Positions 1 through 10,769 of a stretch of DNA of 64,000 bases are shown piece by piece. Made by a program: the position numbers and the translations under genes. Location of the stretch: the NCBI GenBank assembly GCA_965644295.1, contig CBFFRP010000439.1:34507-98506 (forward strand), written 5' to 3'. The notes below the pieces were generated by a model. It did not search any database and was not told the DNA's origin. It was given only the letters and a program-made list of their open reading frames with translations. Within the stretch, counting starts at the first letter, position 1; every line of letters begins with the position of its first letter. This DNA is from Paraphysomonas bandaiensis. Lineage: Eukaryota; Protista; Chrysophyceae.

Positions 1-92
1 AATGGAATAGAACCATTGGATATAGTGGATAGCGATACCAATCATTACTACTTATTCATCAGGATGACATCATGACATGTAAAATGTAAACA

Positions 93-242
93 CCTCAACA
101 AAGTCGGACTCGCACCTTTTCGTAGTGTTATGGGGTATAAGTACTGGAGATATTTCTCTGGGAAACTAACGTTTGCCGCATATATAGTCAGCAGATATTT
201 CACTGTCCACTATACCCCAATGTTCATCTGAAGGACTCAGAA
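93..242 (-). repeat. Interspersed repeat R1, 3' part (split by the copia A insertion)
   Basis: Reverse complement matches the R1 end ...GTGCGAGTCCGACTTTGTTGAGG seen at 22045, 36929 and 46315; continues at 5422. Confidence 0.85.
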
Positions 243-549
243 TATTAATTTACGCTTTTAGTTAGTGCAATATTGACTGATTGATATTATAGGAGATATA
301 GTAAGTTTATGATGTTGTAGCCCTGTGAGTTAGGAACCACGTCATTCACCAACATCAACATTCTGTTCTACAAATCATATCTTTAACAGCTACTATATTT
401 TCAGTTTCTTTGTATACTTGTAATAGCTACTCCTATACTGTAGTCATGTATATTCTGTATTTCATTGCTACATAGAATACAGGATAACTACTAGCGATTG
501 ACTTTACCAAACTTCAAGTACGCACGTAGGAGTTGGTTGTAGTTCAATA
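243..549 (-). repeat. 3' LTR of copia A (TATTG...TAATA on the minus strand)
   Basis: Direct repeat of 5115-5421; starts right after the PPT and ends at the TSD. Confidence 0.95.
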
Positions 550-560
550 CTCCCACTCAA
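550..560 (-). promoter_or_regulatory. Polypurine tract of copia A (TTGAGTGGGAG)
   Basis: Purine-rich tract abutting the 3' LTR; resembles TTGAGGGGGAG of copia B. Confidence 0.85.
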
Positions 561-597
561 TGAACATATCAGAATATACTGTGATGAGCAAGTCTAC

Positions 598-3500
598 TTA
601 GTGCGATACCATAGTGTGCACATGCTGATAGTGCAGCTTCTCGGACAAGGCTTTAGTCATCACGTCTGCTGTCATCTCTGCCGTTGGCACATGATTCAGC
701 CTGACGATACAGCCTCCCACTTGCTCTCGAATCCAATGATACTTGATCCGAATATGCTTGGAACGTTTATGATTTACCGGGTTCTGAGCTAGATCAATCG
801 CACTCTTGCTGTCCATATTCAAGATTGTTGGAGACGCATTCTTACTGAGCTCAAATCCACGAATTCCGAGCTCTGTCATCACCCCTCGTATCCATACAAT
901 CTCCTGAATTGCAGCATATGCAGCCATATATTCAGCTTCCATAGTCGACGTAGCCACTGTTGGCTGCAGTCTGGACTGCCATGCAATTGGAGCACCCCAC
1001 AGATATACGATATACCCTGTAGTGGATCTGCATGTATCCAGATCTCCGGCCCAATCTGCATCAGAGTACACACATAGAGGGTCTTCATCTGTGAAATTAG
1101 GAAATATGATACCTTGATCAACTGTATTTTCTAAATACAATAAAGTATGCAGAGCAGCTTGACATGCAGCGTACGTGGGTCTTGTGGTGAACCGGGAGAG
1201 AAGATTTACTGTATATGCCATGTCTGGTCTAGTATGCACTGCCAAATACATTAAGGCACCAATAACAGATTGATAGGGAAATGCATCAACGTATTCTCTC
1301 TGTTTTCGAGTTTCTTCCTCTTTTGCATCCTTGGACAACTTTAGGCCAGGTGGTAGAGGTGTGGTTGCCTTGCACCGTCTCTTCTTTTCTGACAACAAGT
1401 GATTGAATCTGGCCACAACATCTTTAGCATATGCAGACTGATGTAACTTAATCTGGCCATTATGACGCTCAATGGTAAGACCTAAATAATGCTTAAGGTC
1501 CCCCATATCTTGCATGGCATATTGAGTCTTAAAGGCGCTGATGACTTCTTCAATATGACGGCTGTCAGAGCTGAGCACAATGATATCATCTACATACACA
1601 AGTATCATATGTAGGTTATCATCAGTACCCTTGAGTACAAATAAACATGGGTCAAGAACACATTGTTTATACCCCATCGCCTTTATACTGTCCTTCAGCA
1701 TTGAATGCCAATTTCGAGGCGCTTGTTTTAGGCCATACAAACTCTTCAGAATCTTCAAACAACAGCCTTGTGGAATATCTATTCCTGCAGGTGGAGACAT
1801 AAACACGTCTTCGTCCAGATCTGCATACGGAAATGCCGTTTCTACATCGAGTTGACGGAGTTGCAGATTGTATCGCAGAGCCAGTGCCAGTGCTAGCCTA
1901 AATGATACACCTTTAGCTACTGGGGAGAATGTCTCATTATAGTCGACTCCTTGTTCTTGAGTAAACCCTTTCGCCACAAGTCGAACTTTGAACTTCTTAA
2001 TTTTTCCAAGATGGTCGCGCTTTACTTTAAAGACCAATTTAGATTTTATGATTTTTCGGTGTTTCGGCCTTCGGACAATCTTCCAGCATGTCCTTCGTTC
2101 AAGCTTGTGCACCTCCTTCCTGGTAGCTTCAATCCAGTATGTTCTCTGTGGAGTCTTCTTTGCTTCTGCCAGCGTCTGTGGCTCTTTAATTGTGCTGTTG
2201 GAGGAATCAAGAAACAATGAGACATCGCCGAGGACACCAACGTTAACAATGTGCCGTTTTTTTCGAGGTCGTTTTTCAGTTCTGGGATTTCGATCTGCCC
2301 CACCTGTTGAAGATGCGCCCCGATTTGAGCGGTCAGGAGTCCTCTGTTCATTGTCACTGTCATTACAAGTCTGATCCAACTCATTTCGCAAACTATTAAA
2401 CTTGTCGGTCTGACACTTTGTAGAGTGAGTCATCTTTACTACATCTTTGATATGAATTGGAGTTTGCTCCTCGGTAGTATTTCCTTTCATATCTAATCTC
2501 CTATATGCAACAATGACTCCTCTTCTCTCTATCACTCTGGTGGTAACATAACACAGGTGTCCATCAAGATGTCTGAGGCCCACCAGGTACTGATAGTCAT
2601 TTACACTCTCTGCTGTTTCTGAGGTGTCGATTTGTAGATTATCTATTTCGTCGAAATACTCCTGTGAACGCTCTGGAATTGACTCATCAAACTGTGCATT
2701 GACTGCAACAATAATAGCATTCAGGTCTGGAATATATATTTGGTGTCCAACAGGTTGTTGACATTGTCCCATATAGTATCCAGGTTTTCCCTTTTCTTTC
2801 CACTCTTTGCGGCGCTGCTCCTTCGGCACAATAGCCCATGCCTTGCAGCCCCAGATCTTCAAGTCACTCACATCTGGTGCGGTTCCAGTAATATACTCAA
2901 AAGGTGAGATGTATCCTTTCGTTGTCTTCGTAGGTAACCTGTTGATCAGATATACAGCATGCAAGACTGCTTTGAACCAAAATACTGATGGCATGCCACT
3001 ATCGAGCAATATAGCAAGGGCCATCTCCTTCACTGTACGATTAGTGCGTTCCGATAGCGAATTCATTTCGGGTGTGTCACGTGGAGTCCAAGTAACCTGT
3101 ACAGTCCTTGTGCTGGTGGTTTCACGTAAGTACTGCCTGACATGTTGCCCTACTAGTTCTCCTGCGCCATCTGCATGATATCGTCGTAGTTGCAATCCTT
3201 CTTTGACAAGTTGGGTCTCTACCATGTCCTTCATACACTTTAACACTTCACTCCCAGTCTTGTTTTTCAACCCATAAGCCCATACATGTTTTGCATCACT
3301 GTGCTTGAATAGTAACACATGTTTGTAGCCTTCCATCGATGGCGTGTTTAGGACTTCCATCGTATCTGCACTGAGCACCCCTCTCTCCTTTGGGTTGTTG
3401 TCTAAGTTCATCAACTGGCGTGGAGTCCTGAAGTTCTTTCTCGTGAGTTTCGATCGCATGCAGGTATTACATTTGCATATCGTTTTTTTGTGTTTTTTTC

Positions 3501-5115
3501 TGAAATATTTCTTGTCCAGATTTATTCCATCAACTAGGCCTCGGCGGTCGGACTCAGTCAGTTTATCATAGTTGACATGGCCAAGTCTTTTGTGCCATAG
3601 AATTCGCTGGTCATCAAACCCCTGCTCCTCAAGTGCTGCTGAGGATTCTTCTCCAAGCTGAAGTAAGTCTTCGAGTCGAACTGGATATAATCCATTAACA
3701 CTTCTCTGTCTAATGAGTGTCTTGTTCGTAGTCTTATTTCGAATGACGACTTCATCATTATCGAACGTCACAACACAACCCCTATCTGTGATGCTCTTCA
3801 TATCTACGAGGTTCTTACTTGCTTCAGGTGCGTAGTACACCTTTTTAAAGCTTCCTACATCGCCAACACTGTGTATTGACAGTTTACCTTTGTTCGCTGT
3901 GGACATCTGCCTATCAGCGCGCTGAAGGTTGGTCATGTGGTTTTTGGAGGTAAGGATCATCTTGTTGCACCCGCTGTCTAAATAAATAACATCTGACATG
4001 CTCTGTGCTAGATTCACCTCTTCTTCCACACATATCATCGATTCGTATCCCGCTTCATCTTCTGAATCATGTACAGACACTCGCGGTTTCTTCTTGTTCT
4101 TGTAGGGTGCCGTTTCCCTTCTAGAGTCTCGCCCCCGTTTAGAACTGACCACTGCAGCTTTAGCAGTCTTCAAGTGGAAGCAGTCTTTAGTCTGATGGCC
4201 TGGGATGTCACATATCTCACACACAGGTAGCTTTGTTTTGTTATCACCCCTGTTTCTGTGATCTCTATCTTTTCTCTGTGATCTTGTCCCCTTCATCCTC
4301 TTTATGACATGCTCTGGAGTCTTGCACTCCCTAGCAAAGTGGCCAAGTTTCTTGCACTTATTGCATCTGCCCTTTCTCTTGTGCTCTTTCCATTTACTGT
4401 CATCCACTGCTTGATTGACACTGTCTTCCCCTGAATTTTGCAACGCATGCTTGCCGAATGATGTGTTTTCATACCCTTTGATTAGGCTGCTTGCTCTTGC
4501 GTATGTCACATCGTTTGCTGTATACAGGCTGTGTGCTAGTTGGGAATATCTCTTGTCTGTGAGACCTTCCTTTAGTCGAGTGAGCTTGTCGTCTTCCGTG
4601 ACTTCACGACCTAGATTCTCGAGAATCTTGGCCTGGGCTTCAACGCTGTCGACGAACTCTGCTCCTGACTGACTTGAGGTAATCTTCATTGAATTGAACT
4701 TTGTGACCTCTGCCTGTACTGTATTCTTTTCAACATTGAGAAATCTCTCTTCCAGTGCCTGTAGTAACCCTTTTGCTGTACTTCCTTCGTAGAGAGCCGC
4801 TGTTGTGCCTGCTTTTGGGTGAGCATTGCACACTTCCATCAGGAAGGAGTACGCGGTCTCGTTCCGGGTGTTCCAGAGTTTCTTCGCTTTGCGTAGTCGC
4901 TTCTTCTGTGCATCAGTCATATGAGCTCCCGCTGGGACTGTAGAGTCTAGATCATGAATGTGCCTTGGTTTATCCTTTGAGAGGACAAGATGAGCTCGAT
5001 TGTGTCTCATGAGGAATGAGGTGAAGAACTTCTTGAATTTCTTGAAGTTCAGTTCCTCGAAGGGAGGTACCTTTGAGCCTGAGGCGACATTCGTGAAATT
5101 TCCATCCGCTGCCAT
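598..5115 (-). CDS. Copia Gag-Pol polyprotein, 1505 aa, uninterrupted
   Basis: Two CCHC knuckles (CNKCKKLGHFAREC, CEICDIPGHQTKDC); protease YLDSGC; integrase WHKRLGH...CNTC with SADT/HADGAGE/PEMNSLSER; RT KVRLVAKG, QLDVETAF, SLYGLKQ, YVDD; RNase H YSDADWAG, MEAEY, KHI. Confidence 0.97.
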   Translation of the reverse strand: MAADGNFTNVASGSKVPPFEELNFKKFKKFFTSFLMRHNRAHLVLSKDKPRHIHDLDSTVPAGAHMTDAQKKRLRKAKKLWNTRNETAYSFLMEVCNAHPKAGTTAALYEGSTAKGLLQALEERFLNVEKNTVQAEVTKFNSMKITSSQSGAEFVDSVEAQAKILENLGREVTEDDKLTRLKEGLTDKRYSQLAHSLYTANDVTYARASSLIKGYENTSFGKHALQNSGEDSVNQAVDDSKWKEHKRKGRCNKCKKLGHFARECKTPEHVIKRMKGTRSQRKDRDHRNRGDNKTKLPVCEICDIPGHQTKDCFHLKTAKAAVVSSKRGRDSRRETAPYKNKKKPRVSVHDSEDEAGYESMICVEEEVNLAQSMSDVIYLDSGCNKMILTSKNHMTNLQRADRQMSTANKGKLSIHSVGDVGSFKKVYYAPEASKNLVDMKSITDRGCVVTFDNDEVVIRNKTTNKTLIRQRSVNGLYPVRLEDLLQLGEESSAALEEQGFDDQRILWHKRLGHVNYDKLTESDRRGLVDGINLDKKYFRKKHKKTICKCNTCMRSKLTRKNFRTPRQLMNLDNNPKERGVLSADTMEVLNTPSMEGYKHVLLFKHSDAKHVWAYGLKNKTGSEVLKCMKDMVETQLVKEGLQLRRYHADGAGELVGQHVRQYLRETTSTRTVQVTWTPRDTPEMNSLSERTNRTVKEMALAILLDSGMPSVFWFKAVLHAVYLINRLPTKTTKGYISPFEYITGTAPDVSDLKIWGCKAWAIVPKEQRRKEWKEKGKPGYYMGQCQQPVGHQIYIPDLNAIIVAVNAQFDESIPERSQEYFDEIDNLQIDTSETAESVNDYQYLVGLRHLDGHLCYVTTRVIERRGVIVAYRRLDMKGNTTEEQTPIHIKDVVKMTHSTKCQTDKFNSLRNELDQTCNDSDNEQRTPDRSNRGASSTGGADRNPRTEKRPRKKRHIVNVGVLGDVSLFLDSSNSTIKEPQTLAEAKKTPQRTYWIEATRKEVHKLERRTCWKIVRRPKHRKIIKSKLVFKVKRDHLGKIKKFKVRLVAKGFTQEQGVDYNETFSPVAKGVSFRLALALALRYNLQLRQLDVETAFPYADLDEDVFMSPPAGIDIPQGCCLKILKSLYGLKQAPRNWHSMLKDSIKAMGYKQCVLDPCLFVLKGTDDNLHMILVYVDDIIVLSSDSRHIEEVISAFKTQYAMQDMGDLKHYLGLTIERHNGQIKLHQSAYAKDVVARFNHLLSEKKRRCKATTPLPPGLKLSKDAKEEETRKQREYVDAFPYQSVIGALMYLAVHTRPDMAYTVNLLSRFTTRPTYAACQAALHTLLYLENTVDQGIIFPNFTDEDPLCVYSDADWAGDLDTCRSTTGYIVYLWGAPIAWQSRLQPTVATSTMEAEYMAAYAAIQEIVWIRGVMTELGIRGFELSKNASPTILNMDSKSAIDLAQNPVNHKRSKHIRIKYHWIREQVGGCIVRLNHVPTAEMTADVMTKALSEKLHYQHVHTMVSH
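5102..5114 (-). promoter_or_regulatory. Primer-binding site of copia A (TGGCAGCGGATGG), overlapping gag codons 1-5
   Basis: TGG-initiated motif flush against the 5' LTR; 12/13 identical to the motif at the same position in copia B. Confidence 0.75.
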
Positions 5116-5421
5116 ATTAATTTACGCTTTTAGTTAGTGCAATATTGACTGATTGATATTATAGGAGATATAGTAAGTTTATGATGTTGTAGCCCTGTGA
5201 GTTAGGAACCACGTCATTCACCAACATCAACATTCTGTTCTACAAATCATATCTTTAACAGCTACTATATTTTCAGTTTCTTTGTATACTTGTAATAGCT
5301 ACTCCTATACTGTAGTCATGTATATTCTGTATTTCATTGCTACATAGAATACAGGATAACTACTAGCGATTGACTTTACCAAACTTCAAGTACGCACGTA
5401 GGAGTTGGTTGTAGTTCAATA
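5115..5421 (-). repeat. 5' LTR of copia A
   Basis: Direct repeat of 243-549; followed on the plus strand by TSD CAGAA. Confidence 0.95.
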
Positions 5422-5640
5422 CAGAAATCCTGAAGTTAGCAGATGTCAGCAGATATATCAACAATCTGCTTGCTAACTACGTTTGCTTGTGAGACAAAAG
5501 TACTTGTATCTTGATGACGCACAAACAGCTTTCGTAGAGTTAAATAGTTGGATATCAGAGTTGAGCACTAGTTAGTTAAATTGCAATGATAAATTAGTTC
5601 TGACTCATTAACACCTATTGCTGATAATAAAACACATTCA
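5422..5640 (-). repeat. Interspersed repeat R1, 5' part
   Basis: Matches 46680-46880 (atcctgaagt.agcagatgtcag...cctattgct.ataataa) and the reverse complement of 21605-21800. Confidence 0.85.
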
Positions 5641-7244
5641 TTACAGTATATTTTGACTACTCCGACGTCTTCTGTATACATCAATACAAGGCAGCGCAGA
5701 CTCACAGCAGGAAACAGTGCAAATAAGATCAGCAATCAGATAGCTGTTTATTCATGCATTTGTTGGTAGACTTCCAAAAACGTTTGGTCGAAATATGATG
5801 CCATCGGATATATTATTTTTTATAGATGTTGACAATGCCTTGTACGTTCAATATAGGTTTGATATCACTCTTATTTCAAAAACCATTGTGACAATCGTGT
5901 GCATAAGATTTGTGGACGGGTAGACGAAAACCGATATGAAGAATTATCTCTCAACAAGGCGAAGGAGAACAACAGAAGCGACAGTAATTGGTTATCGTGC
6001 CTTTGCCCAGGCGCTGTCGACAACAGAGACCGCAGCACTAGTTGAGGTTCCTGAATCAATATCTTGGTCTGTCATTGAGTGCTTTGGCCTCAGCAGTGAG
6101 GCTATTGACACTCACAGACGCCGTATCCAAAAAGTGAGACGAGAGATCCGACTCACAGTGGAGTATTGCCAGCAAGGTTAGTTGGGCTACAGCTCCCACA
6201 GCAAAAAATTTCGCACTTTTCCCTCTATTCTCCGATATGACACTGAAGTTGTACCTATTATGTTTCCTGTTCATAGCGGTGATAAGGTATAAGTGCTGGT
6301 GATACAGCTTTGGTGAATAGCCCTTATCGGCTGGTTGTATTCGTATGTATGCGGTTGAGCTCGATGTCGACGGCGTTGTTCGAACAATCCTGCAGTACCA
6401 ATTGCAATATACAGTTGATGCGGCACGGGTGACTATCAAAATCGTGTTTTACTTATAAAGGATGGCTACCAGAGCATGAAGAAGAGACCAGTAGTGGTTG
6501 TGGGACAAAAAGGAGGAATTGCAAGGGGCACGTACCGATAAAGGTATGTATGATGTTTGTAACTATGTACCTGCCTGTACCTATATCATATCGTATACCT
6601 AATTTTGGTAATATGGAGAAATCTGCATGAAACGCTGAATAATTCTATCAAAAGTGATCGCCGTATGTGTATGCTAGTATTATATACATACTTGTGCATG
6701 CATTCTATAAGACCATCATCACGCCTATCATGCATCTCACATTATATTATTGCCATGAATATACCACCAACACCATATATGTGACACTTAATATTCATTA
6801 TTGCATACGCTCCACACATTCCACATATAGGCATACCTGCATTGGCACTGATTCTCTATCATGCACATCCATCCGTTGCACTATCCACATGTCTATGCGT
6901 ATTATCATCAGCATGCTGTAGCATAGTGTACATGTGCTTGCTCTGGATCCATGTCTTGTCATAACACTTATGCATGTGAATATGATGGATGTGCGTGCAT
7001 AGCATACGTATGCAATGTGTTTCCTGAGGCTATCGGTGCACTGTGTAGTCCTCATTTTCCATTGAAGTGTGCTGGACCATACTCACTGCGATTCGTGCTG
7101 ATTGGAGTGCAAACTCGCTGGTCAAGTGGACAAGTGGACAGTGCAGTGAAGGACGCGATGGTTTCAACCGTAGTGGGTCAACACACATCTCAAGTGCTGC
7201 ACTGGCCTCTGTATTTTATGTATTATTTGGAATACTGCTTTGTC

Positions 7245-7503
7245 TATACCTGCATATGTCTACCTGTACACTGTACCTGTATATACCTGCATATGTCTAC
7301 CTGTACACTGTACCTGTATATACCTGCATATGTCTACCTGTACACTGTACCTGTATATACCTGCATATGTCTACCTGTACACTGTACCTGTATATACCTG
7401 CATATGTCTACCTGTACACTGTACCTGTATATACCTGCATATGTCTACCTGTACACTGTACCTGTATATACCTGCATATGTCTACCTGTACACTGTACCT
7501 GTA
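7245..7503. repeat. 37-bp minisatellite x7 (TATACCTGCATATGTCTACCTGTACACTGTACCTGTA)
   Basis: Seven perfect tandem units, ending about 110 bp upstream of the DTW gene ATG. Confidence 0.95.
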
Positions 7504-7612
7504 TATGTATACCTGTCCCTGCTGTATATACAGGGACGTATGTTTAGCTCATGTGCTGTGCACTCTCAGGCTGCTGTGGACCGTGTGAGCCACTGAGAGA
7601 GTGTGTATCGGT

Positions 7613-8956
7613 ATGGATATAAGCAGGCACCATGATCTCACTCTTCGCGCCTACTATCGCTCTATGTATGAGTGGGAGAGATCAGTGGAAGGGAGGAGCA
7701 GCAGGTGCAGGGAGTGCTGGTTGAGGCCTCAGGACTGCTTCTGCGGCCCCCTCCGCACCCGCCGCGACCTCTACAGGACTCTGCAGAGGGAGAGGAAGGG
7801 AGAGGATGTGCCTGTGACTGTGACTGTCACCGTGTACTATCACTATCAAGAGGTGGGGCGCAGCGCGAACACCCTCCACATACTGCCCGTGCTGTGCCCG
7901 GAGACCTGTGAGACTTTAGTGTTCGGGGATGTGAAGGGAGAGGAGGCCCTCGTGCAAAGGATAGCGGACGAGCAGGATCAGGAGAGGGTTAGGACCTGCG
8001 TTCTCTACCCCTCAGAGGACAGCGTCTCCCTGGCGGAGTGGATGGAAACTAACGCACTGTCGCCACTGACCCAGACAGAGGGAGAGAGACCCCACAAGCG
8101 AAGTAGCAGTGATATGAGCATTAATATGGTTGTACTCGACGGAACATACTCGCACGCTCGAAGACAGGTGTTCTGCATTAGTAGTCGTAGTAGTGGTATC
8201 TAACAGCACTACAGATGAAGCATCTTCGGCAGTGTTTGTGCAGGGTCGGGCAGAAGCGTGGGAAAGAATACAAATTACCTGTGGTACGGCTGGACTTGGA
8301 GGCTGGACAGTGTGCCTCTGCTATTATAGGGGTCATGCGTCAACCGTCTGGAGATAAGATATGCTCACTTCAGGCTGTTGTCATGGCTATGCGACAGGCT
8401 GGAGTGGATGAGGCTGTATGTGGGGCGCTGGAGGAAGATCTATCCCAATGGCTGGCTCATATTCTTGAAAGTAAAATTAAATTTGGAAAAGGCCGGATCC
8501 AAGTGCCTAAAGTGGGTGAGCGTCTTGGGGACCCAGCTCGCTACCAGCCCATTGACTCTGTGGCCCGCTTTCTCCAGGTAAGGCGAGGTCACCAGGAGAA
8601 AAATATTAGTGTATCACTTCCTGTATCAATAGGCGTCTGAGGGTAATCCTAGCATGACACATACTCCTCTCGTTGGTGACCGCAGCTGTGTGATTGGGGT
8701 ATTCTCTGAACGACCCCTGCATCCTCCACCTCGGCTGCGCGCCATGCTGATTCTTCAACCCACCTACAGGTTTTCGGTGTTGGCCGTAGCTGGTGGCGGT
8801 ACTGATGGGAGTCGCAAGGGTCGCAAGAGACAGGCTAAAATGTGCAGACAAGTAACGATTACGCCAACATGCGATACGGATCTAGATACAAATGTGCAGC
8901 AGCACCCACACCTGGACACTGTTAGGATTAGCCACTGCCGCTGCAGCTCTGAGTGA
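7613..8956 (+). CDS. DTW-domain protein (tRNA-uridine aminocarboxypropyltransferase, DTWD2/TapT-like); 3 exons
   Basis: RCRECWLRPQDCFC, YYHYQEVGRSANT, VLYPSEDS, VVLDGTYSHARRQ (DxTW-type motif); GT-AG introns at about 8168-8214 and 8578-8632 keep the frame. Confidence 0.8.
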
Positions 8957-9245
8957 TATTAATTATAGACATTATATATAGCCACATGTAGTGAATTTTA
9001 TTGGTGTACAATACATATGCAACGCGAAGTAAGGCATTCAGTAAATAAACGACTTAAACGACGCAAGATTGATGATTGTAAAGCTAGGTAAAGATTGATG
9101 ATTGTAATCATAATTCAATAATAACCATGGATTACCGATATCGCAAGAATTTGCAAGTGATAAGCATATACAGGGCAATCTGCTTTCGATTATTACGCCC
9201 TAACCATACTTTGCAATGTGACACATTGTTTAATAAATAGGATAT

Positions 9246-10325
9246 TTACACTAATTTCATATCTTCGGAATACTTGTTGAACGAATAACTCTCATAGCAG
9301 ACACCCCTCGTCAGAATGAATTGTGGCACAATGCAATTTCCAGTACTTCTCACCCTCAAATCAAAATTCGTATACATATCCCGAGGTGTCTCACACAGGT
9401 ACCTATATGCAATGCACAGAACGAGAAAAAGTCAAGAAAAGAGGCATATACTTGGCAAACTTTATGCTTACTGGTCATGATGCGGGTGATGCATGCAATA
9501 ATGATGTTTCCCAGACTCTTCGTCGGACACGCCTTGTAGGAGAAAGAGCTCAGCGTGATTCCGGTCCCAAATCTTGTTCGACAACTTCTCGGTACTTCTA
9601 ATCCATTCACCTGTTGCCCACCAGAAATTGCCACTGTAATGCCACACACCCATTCCGTCCTTCTGCTTTCCTACTCCGCAGGTGCTGTAACCATACACTG
9701 TCAATGCAAGCAAGCACACTTGAAAGCGCTCAACAAGGAAGTACGTCATGTATCGCCGCCAATCTGAGGTGCTCTGGGTATCGTGAGTGATGCCCTTCGT
9801 ATGCAAATACAAATATAGAGTGTCCTTTGGAGCTGCATCTGCAAAGTGCTGCATAAATGAAAGGGTGGCAAACTCTCCCTCAGCGCCATGGAGCGGCTCG
9901 ATAACTCGCCCTCTCCCACCGGTGAATTTCCTAAACAAACGATGAGACACACACACCTCCGTGGTGCTCCCCGTGAAGGTGGCGTATAGGTCGGCTACAT
10001 CTATAGCGCCACTGTGGCTGAGAGTTTCCAGCAGCTCATATAACACAGACAGAGAGAGCTCGCTGCTGCCGGTCTCACGCGAGGGGAATCCTGCATGCAA
10101 AAACACCACCACTCTGCTAGATAAATCCACCGAACCACTCCGAATACTTTGAATGGACAGAGAGGGAGACAGAGGGGGGAGGAAGGGAGATGCGGGGGAT
10201 GAGCATAGTCGGAGATCTTCTCTCACTGCTCCTCTATCACTGACACTAACATAGCCATCAGCACCAGCACGTGACACGCATACCGACAGCATCAGCGACA
10301 GGGACACGAGCAGCCATCGAAACAT
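9246..10325 (-). CDS. Secreted or membrane-anchored glycosyltransferase-like protein (LYLHTKG / WRRYMTYF / HYSGNFWW family); 2 exons
   Basis: N-terminal signal-like hydrophobic stretch; the three motifs; intron at about 9400-9471 extends the ORF to ...EDMKLV*. Function is inferred. Confidence 0.65.
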
Positions 10326-10769
10326 CAGTCCTAATGCACTTGGATGAGAATGAGACCAACGGGAAGGTATGACTGACAGCAGCGCAAGGACAGGACCATG
10401 CCTTACTATGGTATTGAGATCACGCGTGTGACAGTCACAGTGACTGATCTGCCCGCAGGCAGGCTGTACCTCGAGACCTCGACATACGCACAGCAGTACT
10501 GCTCTATCGTACTGCTGTATAGACTACGTCGTACCGGATAAGGTATAGAACTACTGTATGGAAGTACGCTATAGTACTGCTGTACAGTACTTCTATATAG
10601 AACTTGCATACTACTGCATCGTGCTCTGTATAGAACTACTGTATGGAAGTGGAAGTACAGAGTATTACTGCTGTACAGTACTGTTGTACAGTATGCTGCT
10701 GTATAGCAGTACGGATAGGAGGGCAGAGGAGGATCCTGGCTGTTATTACAAGCAGCTGAACTCAGCGTC

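Larger units (their letters stand above)
243..5421 (-). mobile_element. Full-length Ty1/copia LTR retrotransposon (family A), apparently intact and very recent
   Basis: Two 307-bp direct repeats (243-549, 5115-5421) identical by eye; 5-bp TSD CAGAA at 238-242 and 5422-5426; PPT and PBS present; single gag-PR-IN-RT-RH ORF in copia order. Confidence 0.97.

Noticed and set aside
5640-6500. Short ORFs 5871-6439 on both strands
   Set aside because: No recognisable motif or consistent splice model; may be decayed coding sequence.
6951-7596. Cys/Tyr-rich ORFs over the 37-bp array
   Set aside because: Open in all three frames only because the repeat lacks stops.
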